Assembly (NCBI RefSeq): GCF_037042905.1
Contig: NC_087246.1
Span: forward strand, 13,950,001 to 14,014,000
Source of the DNA: Lytechinus pictus
Lineage: Eukaryota
Direction of reading: 5' to 3'
DNA length: 64,000 bases
The position numbers and the translations under genes are program-made. The first letter of the stretch is position 1; each line of letters opens with the position of its first letter. Below, one piece after another: positions 14,355 to 29,300 of this stretch. The notes below the pieces were generated by a model that saw nothing but the letters and a program-made list of their open reading frames with translations, was not told the origin of the DNA and made no database searches.

Positions 14355-17300
14355 CTTTGGATTGTTAGAGCTTAGATGGTGACAGGACAGGGAAACACGA
14401 AAGTGATGGAGGTTTTGTATAAAAGCAAGGAGAATGAGCTTTCTTTGTGAATTATCAGATGAATTAATTGGCTGAAATTGAAAAGCTCGCTATATTGTCA
14501 TCTGTCACATTTATCTAAGGTTTCATATTTCAACATACATGTAATTTTCAGGACATTGTTATAATTAATTTTTAGGTGTTTGATACCATTTTGTTTGTTT
14601 GTTTGTTAACAGGGTGATTCTATCAAGCTTTCAACACCAGAGGTAGAGAAGTTGAGCATCAGGAGACTGTTATTGGGTGGCATTCTGGAGAGCGAGCAAA
14701 AATACATTAAAAGCTTGGAAATTCTGCAAAAGGTAGGTACATGTATAAGAATATGTCTCTGAAAAAAACCCACAAAAACTCAATCATATTCAAGTAGTAG
14801 CCTACTTATCAGTTCATGAAACAAGGGACAAAATAATCATTGAAATCTGCATTGATTTCCCTTACAGCTTTTCCCATTTTCTACTTTTCGTCAATTTTAC
14901 CAATTCGTCCCTACTGTGGACTTTCTATAAAGAGATATTACACCTCATTAGGCAATTTATACATATGCTGTGACCTTCACATATCATAATAGTACATTGT
15001 CATTTTCACCTGATTAAATCCATATTTACTCTTTAATACAATAACATCTACCATCTCTCACTGTCGTGAATAACTACTGAAGTTTAACAAATTGAGACAT
15101 ATGCAAAAGCACTCCTATTGAGTTTACACAGCATTTAGTGTATGCAGGAGTTAGTATTCACAACTTCCTATTTTGTTCCACCGACTTTTCCCTTAAGATT
15201 CAATCAAGTTTCATAAAAATCTTTCCTAATTATAGTTCTTACATTGATTTGAATAATAAAGGCACATGAAGTCAATACAAGATCATTATCTGTGATACCA
15301 GATCATTTTCATCGTCACACCAAAATTAAATATTAGAAAAAAAAGTTAATTGCTGTTTCTTTTTTAAACAAAACTTGGGCTTCAGTCAATCAATGCTGAT
15401 GCAGAAAATTGCAATTTCTTAGGAATTTTTTATTGCAATGTTTAGCAATGTTCTTTTGAGAAATGAATGATTTATCACCTCGATGTAATTATACATTGTA
15501 AAGATACATGGTAGAAGAGTTTATGATTGAGTGCCTGAGCATGTACTGGGTACTGTGAATGTGCAATCTGATGTACAGATAACACATGTCATTAGGCCCA
15601 ATTACTCTGACCCGTCCCACACAAAGGTTTCAATAATAAATTGTCAACATGATATTGCAATGACATTTATTCCAAGGCTTTATTTAACTGACTGAATTCA
15701 ATATTCAAACAAGCAAAATATTTCCTCTGCTGGCTTGCTTTCATTCTGAACAGTATTTTTTACCATTTAGTGGACTTTTCAAGCATTGTGTATTTGTGTT
15801 ATTGGATGAGTTGGTGTGTATTTGTTTTGTTTGTTTATTTCCCGATTGTTTGCTTGTCAGTTCAGGATTAGTGAACAAATATAAAAGAAGGAATTTTTAC
15901 AGTAGGAAAATAAACCTGGTTATAAATAGTACAAATCGTCCAAGATTCTGAAGTGTTTATAACATAGTGTGCTTGGATTTTGGGTTATGTTGCATAGTAG
16001 TATATCACACTAATTAGAGAATGTAAACATCAGTGTGAAGTTTCAGCTCTTCCACTATGTAGCTCCTTATATGGATGTGAAGATTAAGCTATTAAGTGCA
16101 CGTATATTTTCCCAATATTGGATTGAAAATGCACGTTTTTAAAGAAAAAAATTGTAAATGGGATCATTTACGTGTAGGTTGGTTAAACATGGAGATGTCT
16201 GTGTTGATAGATCCCAAATTGTGCTAAATTTGTGATGTCTTTAATATAGTCATTATTATGCTAATCTATATTAAATGGTTATTCAAAACACAGAATTACT
16301 GAATGAAAAGTGCATTTTAAATGAATTGTTGTTGGATCCTGGTGGGAAATCACAATAAGTGGTTCTTGACTTTATTATGGAGATCATATATCTTCTTTCA
16401 CTTTTTATTTTGATAATAAAAAGGTGAATCTCGGATCTAAATGGGAGGGGCATAGAGCATTTCGAAACTGATTTATCTCAAGTCACCTTTCCTGCTTATT
16501 GATGAGGGAGGAGAGGAATTGAGAAATAAGGGAGGGGGAGGATATGAGTGTGGGGATGAAATATATAGAAAGAGGGCAAGAGATAAAGATAGAAGAAGGG
16601 GATAAAAAACAAGGATGATTGAAGGAATTTCAGGAACTTGGTACCTGCATCCAGTTCTAAAGTTGTATCCCTTCCAAAACTTGACACCTGTTTCTGTGGC
16701 TCTTCTGCAGATTCAGGTTTCAGGTCTTCACATTTTTCACTTATATTTGCCCCTTTTTTGCCCCCTCCCCCATAAGTGGCACCTAGGGCACTTGCCCCCT
16801 TCCCCCTGTGCCATTGGTGCTCTTTTAAACCACCTTCTTGCAAATTTCTCATTTTTAACATACAAAGTATGATCCGGGGATTCCCTGGTTAGATTGCATT
16901 ACAACTATTGTTGCATTTTGGCAGGGAAGTGTACGCAAGTACTTAGAGGATATTGCAACTTTGCAAAAGTTAAAAAGACAGAAATGACTCATTAATATTT
17001 CATCAATAAATGATGAATGGCTTCATTTCTGAAGCTGAAATTGCTGAATTATATATATAAAATGATGACAGAGGTGTTCCTGATTGTGAATGTTATTTTA
17101 TACCATGTTTGGTAATTCTCATTTCCCAAAATGAATAAATCACTGTTTCATTTTCATTCTCTCAGCAGTATAAATGCAAAACATTTATAAGTGCCTTTCT
17201 GAGTCACTGTTATTAGATAATTTTGATTCATAAGATCTCATGGTGTTGATGTAATGTTATATGCAGATGACACACAAATGTATATTGTCTTCAATCAATG

Positions 17301-20300
17301 TGATCGCCAGGTTTCAGTTGAAAAACTGAATGCCTGCATCGTTGATATTAGGAATTGGGCAACCAAAAATAAACTGTCTCTTAATGATGAAAAAACTGAA
17401 CTTATACATTTCACTTCGAAGTTTCGTACAGAAATAAGTATGATTGATGTTAGGGTTGGCAACAATCATGTTGCTCCTGCTGCCAATGCTAGAAACCTAG
17501 GGGTTATTTTTGATAGACATATCAATATGAAAGAGCAGATTAGTTCTATCTGCAAATCTGCCATGATAGCAATCAGATGTATCAGTCGAATAAGAGGGTT
17601 TCTGAATGTAGAGGCAACAAAAAGCCTGGTCCATGCATTTGTCACCAGTCGAATCGACTCATGTAATAGCTTGCTTTTTGGTCTTCCCCAAAAAGACATA
17701 CACCGTATACAGATGCTGCAGAATATTGCAGCTAGGCTGGTAACTCGCACTCCTAGACAACACAGCATAACCAGTACCCTGAAGAAATTACATTGGCTTT
17801 CTGTTGAAAAGCGCATCACATTCAAGATTCTTTGTTTAGTTTTTAAAGCTCAGCATGGCTTATCTCCATCATACTTGTCCAATTTACTAAATGATTACAA
17901 CCCACCCCGTAACCTTCGATCAAGCAAACAAGTACTTCTTCAAATTCCCAAAACCCACACAAGCTTTTATGGTAGCAGATCATTTGCTGTAGCTGGACCA
18001 ACCCTTTGGAACAAATTACCCCTACATATCAGACAGGCATCCACTTATTCAACTTTCAAATCCTTACTCAAAACCCATCTTTTCCGAAACTCATAACTAG
18101 GTGTAGTATAGGTATTTATTTTATAGATAAACATTGTAAGTTTAAATATTAAGTAATTCTGTAATTCACAAGTCTATTTTCTTTGTTTGTAGCATGTTTA
18201 CTTTGTAACCTTTATTGTAAAGCGCATAGAGAAACGTACAGTTTATTATGCGCTATATAAGAAAAGTATTATTATATTATTATTATAACAAGGAATCCAT
18301 TTACATGATTAAATAGTCTAATACTGATTTCAACATTTTTATACAATGAATACCCTCACAAAGAAAATCATAACCTGGGTCCCGTAACACAAAGGTTAGT
18401 GATTGATCGTACGCTTGATTGTCACGATTGATTGTACATTGTATTCAGTGGAATCAATCGTAGAAAAATGTTCTACGATCATTGCTAAGCTTTGTATTAC
18501 GGGCCCCTGGTTACTCAAAAGTTGGAAAACTTTTTGGCAATGCATTGGTAGTCAATAAATTTGAGGGATGAAAGTTAAGAAATATGGCGCAGAGTTTATT
18601 TTACTTTGTAATAGAAAATACATAATTCATAACTTCTTCCATATACCTCATTATTCATCATTTTGTTTATTTTGCTGCCAAGTTTATACCATTACTAAAC
18701 AATCACTATTTGTGACCTACACTGTCAAAAGAGTGCTTTTATCTGCAGTACGACACATTGGAGAATTCGACATTTGAATTTGTGTGTTGAACAACTGTTT
18801 GAAAAATTTAATTTAATGTGTCAGAGATATAAAAATCACTTTCTATTAAACTATGTGAGATGTATTTGATAGGTTCAAATTCTCAATTGTCAGTTTTTTT
18901 TCAATGAGTGCCCACAAGTACTCTTATTGCTGAATATGGTCACAAATGAAAGTGAATCTTCCTGTCTCTGCATGTATACATGATCATGCACTGTTGCTTT
19001 GATTATCCCATAGAGATACAGACTTTGTGATTATTCAAACCATTGGCTAATGACTCCCCTGTTATGACTGCATTCAAGAGACCGTCGTCCTCTTGTATCT
19101 AACAGTAAATTGGCACTGCGAGGCGGCAAGCCGTTTGGGTCAAGTGTTTAGGCGCTCAACTGACGCATGTTTTATGAGATGACTCAGCCTCATGGAGGGG
19201 ACTGAAAGTAACTAGAGAGGTGTGACGCCTCGAAAGGGGGAGAAAATGACTGAGAAACGGAAAAAACTCTTCAGAGTTTGGAGAGGGATTAACGAAAGTG
19301 ACAAAGTGGTGTCAAGTGATTACCTTTGTTTACAATAAATATATAGAGGTACTTCATAGATAATTTGTAATACTTATAGGATGTACAAAGTGACCTTTTA
19401 AATTTTATACTTCACTGTATCTAACATCTCTCTATCTGCACATCTCTTTTCTATATGCATATTGTTTGCATACAAAAAAATTTAATCAGTCATCTTAAGA
19501 ATGACAGATTAAGTTGTGATAGTGGTATACTTGCCCCTTCAAATTACTGATTATCTTGGATCAATTGATATTAATTTTTTTTTTAATTTGAAGGTGTGAC
19601 CATTATACTCTTCAAAATTGTTGACTAAATTGCCCTCTTGCATAAGATTGAATTTACTTTCAGGAGATCCAGATTTATATTGTTCAGTCATCACTTTTTA
19701 CTCATGCATATATATTTGAATAAAATTTATTTATTTTCCTTGAAATGATTGTTGATTAATGTTTTATATGCGGTTATTGTTGAAATGATCAGTTATATAC
19801 AGCATTCGATCAAATGCTTTGATGGCACTTTCAATCAAAAGTAATACAATTACGATTCCTTGAAATCGTTATTATTTTCTGAGCCCCATATCACTATGTG
19901 ATATCAAAGATATTCATAGCCAGTATTGTCATTTCCCCCCTCATATGATTGACTTGCTTGAATGAAATTAATTTTAATTTTGTCATCTTCTCTCCATCTT
20001 AGGTAATGAAGACTTTCAAAGCCAGCATCAGCACATCTACACCTGTAATGACGGAGGAAGAATATGACACCATGTTCTTCAGGATACCTGAACTCCTCAA
20101 TGTTCATCGTCAGTTTGTCCATCACATGGAACCAAAGATGGAACATTGGACTCCGGAACAGATGCAGGGAGATTCTTTTAAACTTCTGGTAAAGAACAAT
20201 AATTCAAACTTCATAACAGTTGCACTTTATTAATGTTGTGATGTATTAAATGCATTTTCATGATTAATATTTTGTTTCTATTTTTGCTACTCTCAACACA

Positions 20301-23300
20301 GATGTGATATTACGATTATTCAGAAGTGTGATTATCAACATCCCAAGGATTTCAGAGATTTATCTTTTTCTGGCTTGAAAAATGATAAAAAGTTCATAAA
20401 TGTCTTAACAAAGAACTGCAATATAGGGCATGCAGAACTTCTTTAATAAAATGCATTTAACGTCATTAATATATTCCACAATCACCTAATCTTAATCAAA
20501 ATTTTTATAATATTGTCCACTCTTTTAGAGATTGTCCGAGGTTTGTTAGCTTTATTGATAATGCCATGACTAATGAACTTCTACACCCATGGATGATAAT
20601 GTGTAGTCAGTTTCATCAACGTATAGTGTATTCATACATGTTTTGTATAATTGTGCTCTGTGCTCGTATACAAATTGGAGCCAAGCTGTGCTTTTCGTAG
20701 AATTAGCACATGCCTGACTTTGCCGCTGGCCGTAAAGTGAATTCGTTTGGTTATTAACGTTGGACTATGCGCTGAGCTGTGGCATCAATTAGATTAATGA
20801 ACCAACATGCCCGGCTATTGAGCTATTTGGCGGGAGGTAATTGGTGTATTAGCTGGCTGTCCGGATTAGGCGGGTGTTGCAATGTGTTATTGAACCCGAT
20901 GTTACATTTTAATGGAAATGATAGTGAGAGGGGACGGGGGGGGGGGTAGAAATACATAGGCAGACATGGATTACTGAAACCAATATTACATACCTTGACA
21001 TCAGTTATAGAGACAGACAAACATGAATAGACAGAAATGGACATGTCTATTATACGAATGACTTTAATTCATGTGAGGGTAGAAGGATTGTAAGAAACAG
21101 AAACTCAAGAAAGAGAAAGGGGAGAAGGAAAACCTAAAAGATAATAACATATAATTTATTTAAAAAGTGGGGAAAATAAGCAAAAGAAGAAGAGGATGTA
21201 AAATGAAGTAATGTTTCATTTAGTCATGAACTGAAATAAATATATTCTTTATATTCCCCTCATGGTATTATTTAAATTACTTGCTTAAAAATAAGACTGT
21301 AGTCAGCTCTTAAAATACATGTGATGACATACCCTAGTTTGCCTTTTGTTCATTTCAAACCTAAAACAAAACTAAAATATAGGGTATTGCCCAAATAGGT
21401 GTGACAACTGAGTCACAATGGTATGATAGAGAGAGAGAGATGATTGTAACTTAGTTGCAGGATCGTCTGCCTGGCAAAATATAACAAAAAACAAAAGACA
21501 ATTTTGATGATGAAATTACGGACCCTTCGTGTGTTGTCTGTTGAAATCGGCAGCTCAGCCTTCATCAATAAATGGTGAGATTCCGTGAGTCACTCATTTC
21601 AGGCATCAGGGGTGTATTGTTCCTCGTTTACTTTCCTCCTCCCTAAAGTCATACCAGACGAGTTGGTGATGAGGATGGTGATGATGATGAGGGTGATGGG
21701 ACCGGTGTGTCAGTCATTCTCTTCTCTTTGTTCTACTAATGAGTTTGTCCATCTCACTTTATCGCCTTTTGCCTCCTTGTCCTTCTTTCTCTCTCTATCT
21801 CTCTGTGCCTCTTTTGCCCCCTCTCTTCCCCCTCGTCTCTCTTAAATTACTCTTTCTAACTTTCCTTCTCTACATTTCTCTATCTCTCACTTTAAACTTT
21901 TCCTCACTTCGTCTCCTATTGCTTCCTTGTCCTTTCTTTCTCTCTTTCTCTTTTTCTTTGTCTTCCTCTTTCTCCCGTTGTCTCTCCCTCTCCGTCCTTG
22001 TCTCTGTCACTCTTTCTAACTTTCCTCCTCTATAATCCTCCTTTCTTATTTTCCATCTTGTCCAATTTCCGCTGATTCCCATGATTATAGGCTGAATCAA
22101 CAAAAGAGAGAAAAGTCCACTTGTAAATATGATGACAGTCCTCCATACCAAGCATGGTCACTGTCACACAGAAAAATAGTCTCTGTCCACAGACTGTCCT
22201 AAATAATGGAAATCATGAAATTCTCAATTGATGTTGCAGAGATGGATGGGAATACTGTATCTGTCATGTATTGAGACTGCTAATGATTAATATTTATGAT
22301 GCCCATGTACATGTTAAAAGCATTATCTCATTATGTACAATTATTACATAATATTGCTCAGGGGGAGGGGTGAGAATTTCCCCAGGGTTCAGGGGCACGG
22401 GATCAATTTGATTAATTCCTTTCAACACAGCTTTGAGGAAACATGAGTGATGAGAAAGAAAAAACTAGTTTAAAGAAGGTGTTATCATCCTTATGTTATC
22501 ATCATCATCCATATTATCATCAAGATTATCCTCATCGTTGTTGTCATCTGCATTATCATCATTATCGTTCACCCATCACTACCACCACCACCATCATCAT
22601 CATCATCATCTTCACCATAATCGTCACCATCATCATCATCATCATTATCATCAACGTAATATTATAATGTCTATTAAAAATGTCTATTAAAAAGCTCTCT
22701 TGTCTCTCGGCAAACTTTCAATTCAATTTCAGTCCAAAATATTGAAGAATATGATTGCCCTAAATATGTATACTGTGTGCAAACTGTGCACGTCTCGATG
22801 CAGGGCATGCTTCCATTTGTAGAATACCCCTTCTTAAATTCACAGAAATGGTCTGGATCATTACACTACCTTCATTCGTTAGAGGAAACCCTAATTAGCA
22901 TGAGGGGACCAAGATGAAAAATGTTTTAATGCAATGGACCGCAAAGCTAGATACCTCATTCGGAGGATAATATTTTGTGGTTTCAGACCAGATCTTGATG
23001 GGAATGTAATTGGATAAAGAGATGGTCGATTTCAGAAACGAGGAAGGGGGGAATAAACGGGGAAGGGAAAACAGGTATATCAATATTTTCCGGGTATAAA
23101 CAATAACAGTGGGGTTGTGCTATCATTGTTTGATTAGTTTCAAGGGATGAGGGATGACTCACGGAGGACCAAAATTAAATATGAAGTCGAGATGCTCTGT
23201 TTTGGAGGGAAATTGGCCTGATTGTGCTGAGCTCAGGTTTTCTGGAAAGCCATTGGTATCTGGGAATATTAAGGCTGGCAAAGTTCAGGGAACTGGTCGA

Positions 23301-26300
23301 GCGTTGTCCTTGTTGTGCACGTTTAAGTGATTTGAAAGAAAATTATGAAAACAGAAATGATGAGGGTACTATGATGTCATATACTACATCATATTCCCAA
23401 ATAAGGTAAATGACCATTCTCATGTGATTATATGTATATCCTGGAGGTAGAATATTCATGAACTGTAAAAAGTTATTTCTGTATAATTTCTGCAATACCA
23501 TTGCACCATCATGTTATCATGTAGGAGTTACATACTTTTGTTTTGTTGTGTGATGTTCAGGATATGACATAAATAAATGATATGTTCAGGATATCTATCA
23601 TTATATGGGCCACAATAAAAACTATATCGATTTATAGTTCAAATAAATGCCTCCTACTTTTATAGACTTCTGTGGCCTTTATTTTTTTAAATTCTTTTGT
23701 CAATGTGATAAATTGATATTTTCTTCCCAATAGCATCAACTTATCAAATATTCTAGTGTTGGCATTGTCCATTATCATTACCCCACTTATGGAAATCCTG
23801 ATTCGATTTTTCACTCTTAATTTTTTATTAACTTTTCAAGTATAAAAACTCTTCCATATTTTGACTTTTCAATCCATGTCAGTAATAAAATTTCAACCTG
23901 AGACAAGATTGCATACTCATCTTATGATAACATTATTGTAATACCAATAGACTTTTGTAATCTGAGCGGGCCTTTCAGTACGCATGAATAGGAACTTCTT
24001 CCTGTGCACGTCATAACTATTTATCATTCGCCCGTCACCCCAGTGCCAGCAAATTGCTTTTTGATATTCCACCCTGATAACCCTCTGTCTCTTTTTTTCG
24101 GTTGTCACCCCCCCCCCTCACAGGCAAGCCATTTTGACATCCATGAAGAATACATCGCCAACTACAAGCGTGCCATGAGCACCTTACAACGCCTTCAAAC
24201 CGAGAACGAGCTCTTCCGCAACATTGCCCAGCAGGCACTCAAACTGGAATCGGGAGAGATGTATACTCTAGAGGGTAGGTCTCATTAGAATGGGTCACTC
24301 TTTTGTGTTCTCGCCAGTGATTTTCACTGACAAATTTGCTATCCACCAATGAGATGCAAGGATTTCAGTAGCATATCACATTTATCAGTAAAAAAATCAT
24401 GAACTATTTTGTTTCATGAAATGCTCCCCTTGAGAGAGCATCAGGGTATTATAATACCTGCATAATGCTTAGATACAATGTATGAAGCCCTATATAAAAA
24501 GCAGAATATGATAACTATATTACAGCAAAATCATATTGCTTTCATTACAGAGAAGAGGAGGGGGAGGATCCCACAATATAACAGATTTTACAGTAATATT
24601 ACAGGTGCACATTGGTAACCACTTTCCATAACCCTCTTTCATAATATGCCTCAAAACACATTATTGCCCCAATATGGAGTAATATTGCAATATTCTGTCA
24701 AGGGTCAAATAGCTGCAAAATAAGGAGAAAGCAAAATCATGTTAAATGCCATTGAATGGATCATATCCATAAAATAGTCTCAATATTAATTGCTTTTGAT
24801 AATATTGATAGCTGGAGTATATGAATGGGATAGAGGGTACAGTAGGTACATGTTACTATAAAGAGGATATGAAGTAAAGAGGAAGAGATAAGATAAGGTA
24901 AAAGAATATAAGAGAAGTAGCAAAATCAAACCCCTTCCTGAAATGGAAGGAGTGGGGCTATACAAAGGATAGATAGCATCCAGAGGTATTTCCATCTCGA
25001 TAAAGTTATCACTAAAATGATCTTCAAACAGGAAAACTCGGCAATACTAAAGGTTATTTATAGCAGAGACAGCATCATAGTGTAGCGTAGTATTATTATG
25101 GCCTCATGTTTTTAAATTTTGTGGGGAGTAAAATCATCTTCATGTGGATAACAATGATCGCCTTAAACTTCAGCTTATTAAATGTACAATTGAAATATCA
25201 TCAATTCTATAAAAGAGTTTGAAAATAGTGAGTTTTTTAATTTTAAGTGTTTCATTTATAAAGTGTGATTATATCTTTAACATTTTTGGTTTTATGAATA
25301 ATTAACTTTGTGTGCACTTTAGACTGTTTACTTCTACATTATAATGAAAATGATAAAAAATTTGGAGATGAGTTATAACAACTATAGAGAGGGTCTGATT
25401 TCTGACTGTTTAAGTGGTATGTTTTCAGCTGGGTGTTATTTCTTAACCCTTCCCCAACTAGCTATTTTAATCATTACAATACAGCAAATTTAAATGTAAT
25501 AAAGGATAAATTGAAGATTTTATTAGTTTACCACCACCAGTGATTCAAAGGATATTTTGGACTTGATTAGATAAATGCCAGTATTACTTGAAACAGAAAT
25601 TTATGATTTCATAAACATTTGCTCATCCACTTTAGGATATTACTGGCCAATAAATTTGATATGATACTAATTTAGAAGATTCCCCCCAAAGCATCCCCAG
25701 GCAATCTTGAGTGTAGTATCAGAGCCCCATGTTTTCCCTCTCTAATAATTGATGCCAAGCACTCGGGTTTTGATTCATTGCAAGATGCGTAAGCCGGAGG
25801 TTATTTATGAATAATTATCTTGTTTCTGTAGCTCTCATTAGGGGGATATCGTAAGGCGAGCTGCAGTGATGATTGCGAATGATGCGTCCAAATTAGATAA
25901 ACTTCTTTTGCTGCTCGTAATTCATTTGAGAAGGCCTGAACTGCATAGTTTTTTATAAGGACTCTCTGTGTTTTCATTCATTTTGAATTGTTTTGCTGCA
26001 TAGGGTTTCTCTGGTAGTTAACAATAATTTTCAGGTGTATATTTTCCTCTCAACTTCCTTCTCAGATTTCTTCTGATTTTTTTAACAGTTTGCTTTAACA
26101 GTTCCAAGAAGTAAAATTATTTGATTTGAAGTTTGGCATAATGCTATTAAAGAATACTGAAATCAGATTTTCTTTACTAGCCTTGAGGTAGGAGTAAAGT
26201 TTAAATCAAAAATTTGATTGTTCAGATCTTATTGGTTAGAATGTTCATACCAAATGCTATTAGAATTTATTTGAAAATTAGATCACAACAGATTATATAG

Positions 26301-29300
26301 TGTTGTTTGGTGTGAGACAGCAAAACTAGAGCTGAAATTCCATTAATAAATCTAAACATATATTGAAATTATGAAGGACTTATTTGTTTATTAGAAAAAA
26401 GAACATAAAAGATAATAATTTGCAGTCTTAATATAGAATTGATTTTATTCTTATTTTTTTTAGTCCAATAACATCTTTTCAAGGTCTGAATACTTCAAAG
26501 ACAAAAGTGCAAATAATTAGAGAGGCACTTATCAACTAAAACATGTGGATGTTATTCCAAAAGTATGAATGTACAAGGAATTCTAATAAGAAGTATTCAA
26601 TATTTGTGTCACAAGACAAACATAGTGCTTTGTCTAATAGTATCAGTACTCCATTAGTCCATTAGACTATAGAACTTACAAAAAGATGAAAGATGGTATT
26701 AGCATACGGTGTACCTAATCTGGGAGCCTCTTTCGAGCTTTGCACAAACCCTTGTGCCAAGGTTGTGATAAATTTAGAACTGAGCCAAATATATGTGAGT
26801 GAATATTAGTCATAATTGTTGAAAATTGAATACATTTTATGATACCACGTGATCTACTCCTGGGATGTCTTTATTCAATGAGGAATTGCAAAATTGTGAG
26901 GAATGTCTGTTTTGAGTTTGGGGTACTCATTTTGATAACAGGGAGGCCTTTATTGAATGTATCTAGTTTGAAATACATGTTCATTCCATTTTTTTGGGTT
27001 CAAGTTGTGAGATTGAATTGTTGAAGAACTGGGCTCAAAGTGATCAAATGAGAATACAAGTTAAGATAAATATGTTGTGTGCTGTTCCAGAAATGCTAAA
27101 GGATAAAAATTGACTCCATTTTAGACAAAGAGATGCAAGCATGGGAGTGCATGGTTCTCTCTGAATATTCCAGTAATTTTGTAATGTTGTGAATGAAATG
27201 ATATTTGAAGAGCATTTCTTTGCATTGGGCTTTTTAAAGAATAATTTTTATCCAATGAATGTGACGAAATCAAAACTCACAATACTGTATTCACACCTTT
27301 TACAACTATGTATATACCTTTTACATGTACCACTGTTAATGTTGCTAAATTACAAAGTTGTAAAATTAAATTGAACAATGATAATCAGATTCCGGACCTG
27401 CATGCTGCAGAACTAATGGCTCAAGTGCAAAATTGATATATTTAGAAAAATACCTTAATCATAAATATAGTAAGAAAAAAAGATTAAAAGAAATAGGAAA
27501 ACGAAAACCAACAACATGAAACAGTTTACATAGTCATTCCATCTGAATTGATTCCAATTTAAATTCAGTATTCAAAGAGTTATACCCCTTTCATAAACCT
27601 AATTATGTGGCTAATAGCAGCATAATTTGGTCGTAAAATCGGAGGAGGACCAGAGTTATCCACATTATTTTGATGCTGCAATTATCCGCATAATAGCGGC
27701 ATCGGGACCAGATTTTGACTTTATGGACGCAATCCAAAGTAATGCAGATAATTGCCATGGTGCGGTCACAAGGTCACCCTTTTCCAACACAACCGCATCG
27801 GAGGGGGTGTGTGCGGTTGAAATGACGATTATCCACCTTTTTCAGGACGGGCGCTCGTAAAAATAGTGCGGATTATTTTCGGAGTTTGTGAACGCAATTT
27901 TTATTGATTTATCCGCATTACTCTTAGGCGGCTAATTGGAGGATGGGTTTATGAAAGGGGTATTATTGTCTTTTATATCCAAATTGCTTGCTCCCTTTAT
28001 GAGATGGGAGCAATTAAAAATAGCATGAATTGAAGTAAGTTACACAAATATGATAAATCCAGCTTCATTGTTCTTTGATTCTGGGCAGCTGCACGATGTT
28101 TACCAAATAATCCAGCTTATTATCCTGGATGCATCTATCTAATAGCTTCTATTTAGAGATAATAGAAGTGCTATTCATGCTAATAAACCATGCACAGTGG
28201 GACATAATTAATTAAACTCTTGCCAGAATGCCAAGCTTTTGATCTAATGAGCTTGTTTGATTTCCAGACGGAAGGAAAAATGGAGTGTGAAACAGGAGGC
28301 CCCATTGCCATTTTCAATGAATAAAAATAGAGTTTTGTGCCAAGTTTTCTCTCCTTATTTTTGTAGAGAGTGATACAGTAGGCTCAGTATCATTAAGACT
28401 AAAGCCTTGCTTTAATGGATGAGGGATGCCTTATAAGAAGACAAAAAGAGGTCCTGGTTGTGCTTCCCCATCTGAAACTAGGATAAATTTTAGCTGAAAA
28501 TTTAGAATTAATGGCAGTTCTGTATTTTATTGTATTGGTGTTAAATATAATATAATCATTTAAGATTAGTGGCATAATCTCAGATATTTGTAATTTTATT
28601 TTATTTTAAAATATTACTGGTATACTGATATGTCTTTTTTCTTCAAAATTTACAAGAGATATTATGATGTTTATTATGATTGGTGATAGTCATTTTTCCT
28701 CTACCTTTGCTCTCATTTTCAGCTATGCTATATAGCCCCCTCCAAGGTATCACCAAGCTCACAATGATACTCAATGTAAGTATTCATTCACAAGTTTATA
28801 CTCACTAGTAATCACAAAAAATAACTTGTTTTGCTTGTTAGAGGTCTCAGGTCATCAATATCTATTAAAATGATGGTTTAAAAGATATTACAGAATTGAT
28901 AATTTTGTGGAGCGTTGTGGCCCAGTGGATTAGTCTTCTGACTTTGAAACAGAGGGTCGTGGGTTCGAATCCCAGCCATCGCGTAATTTCTTCAGCAAGA
29001 AATTTATCCACATTGTGCTGCACTCAACCCAGGTGAGGTGAATGGGGACCCGGCAGGATTAATTCCTTGAATGCATGAGTGCTGAAAGGCAGCTCGAGCT
29101 AAAGCCGGGGTAATAATAATAATAACAACGCGCCTCGGAATAGAATATTTCTAGATAGATGGCGCTATATAAATGCCTATTATTATTATAATTTCACTGG
29201 TGTTAGACACAAGAAATTTGTGAGTAGACTACTTAATGTATATGAATATACTCATCAGTATAATGGCTTGTAGGGACCTATAACACTGACTTTTTTTCTG

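Noticed and set aside
17254-18096. Domesticated or functional reverse transcriptase (retron/DGR-like system)
   Set aside because: Lacks the RT motifs upstream of YADD and has a LINE 3' UTR and tail; it is an ordinary 5'-truncated insertion.
22443-22690. His/Ile-rich ORFs
   Set aside because: Translation of a (CAT/CAC)n repeat.
28909-28981. tRNA gene (Gln-TTG-like loop, boxes A and B)
   Set aside because: It continues directly into a SINE body and TAT tail, and a diverged second copy of the whole unit exists at 37133-37388; it is a SINE head.
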